A stretch of 64,000 bases of DNA from Nemertoderma westbladi (lineage: Eukaryota > Animalia > Xenacoelomorpha): assembly GCA_032718475.1 (NCBI GenBank), contig JAUCBJ010009041.1, positions 62,001 to 126,000 of the forward strand. Reading direction: 5' to 3'. Shown here in pieces: positions 63,845 to 64,000 of the stretch (position 1 is its first letter; the number at the start of each line of letters is the position of its first letter). The notes under the pieces are model-generated. The model made no database searches. It saw only the letters and a program-made list of their open reading frames with translations, and was not told the origin of the DNA. The translations under genes were made by a program, and so were the position numbers.

Positions 63845-64000
63845 AAAGCAGAAGCATTAAAAGCATGTCCAATAATAAAGCGAGTGGATTAGATGAAATC
63901 CCAGCGGAGGTATGGATAACCGGAGTGCTAAACAGACCATTATTGAATGTTTGCAACCGGATGTTAAAAGGGGAAAAGCCACCACCAATTTGGACTAAAG
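63845..64000 (+). mobile_element. LINE ORF2 fragment (start of RT domain) in a ZNFX1 intron
   Basis: NNKASGLDEIPAEVWITGVLNRPLLNVCNRMLKGEKPPPIWTK matches the KAxGxDxIPAExxK...W pre-RT motif. Confidence 0.8.

Overview
AT-rich eukaryotic genomic DNA, most likely from an invertebrate animal (GT-AG introns, satellites, MITEs, LINE/SINE relics); not prokaryotic. In order: (1) a 13.4-kb satellite of two 21-bp monomers in a quasi-binary order with kb-scale duplications; (2) a spliced heat-shock-factor gene (minus strand) with a coding minisatellite and an apparently truncated oligomerisation domain; (3) several non-autonomous DNA transposons; (4) a ~10-kb intronless, virus-like island (~24.9-34.9 kb) encoding a Polinton/Maverick-type protein-primed DNA polymerase B split by one in-frame TAA, an overlapping divergent TATA-binding-protein (TBP) homologue, two PC4-like ORFs and a DEDDh-fold ORF, with no recognisable integrase, capsid, packaging ATPase or adenain protease; (5) intronless TMEM209, sterol-desaturase-family and truncated ankyrin genes; (6) the 3' part of a ZNFX1 gene whose introns hold a fold-back SINE-derived satellite and a GC-rich minisatellite. 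The pPolB+TBP+PC4 island is the best candidate for an undescribed system. All protein assignments come from motif recognition by eye; no database searches were run.
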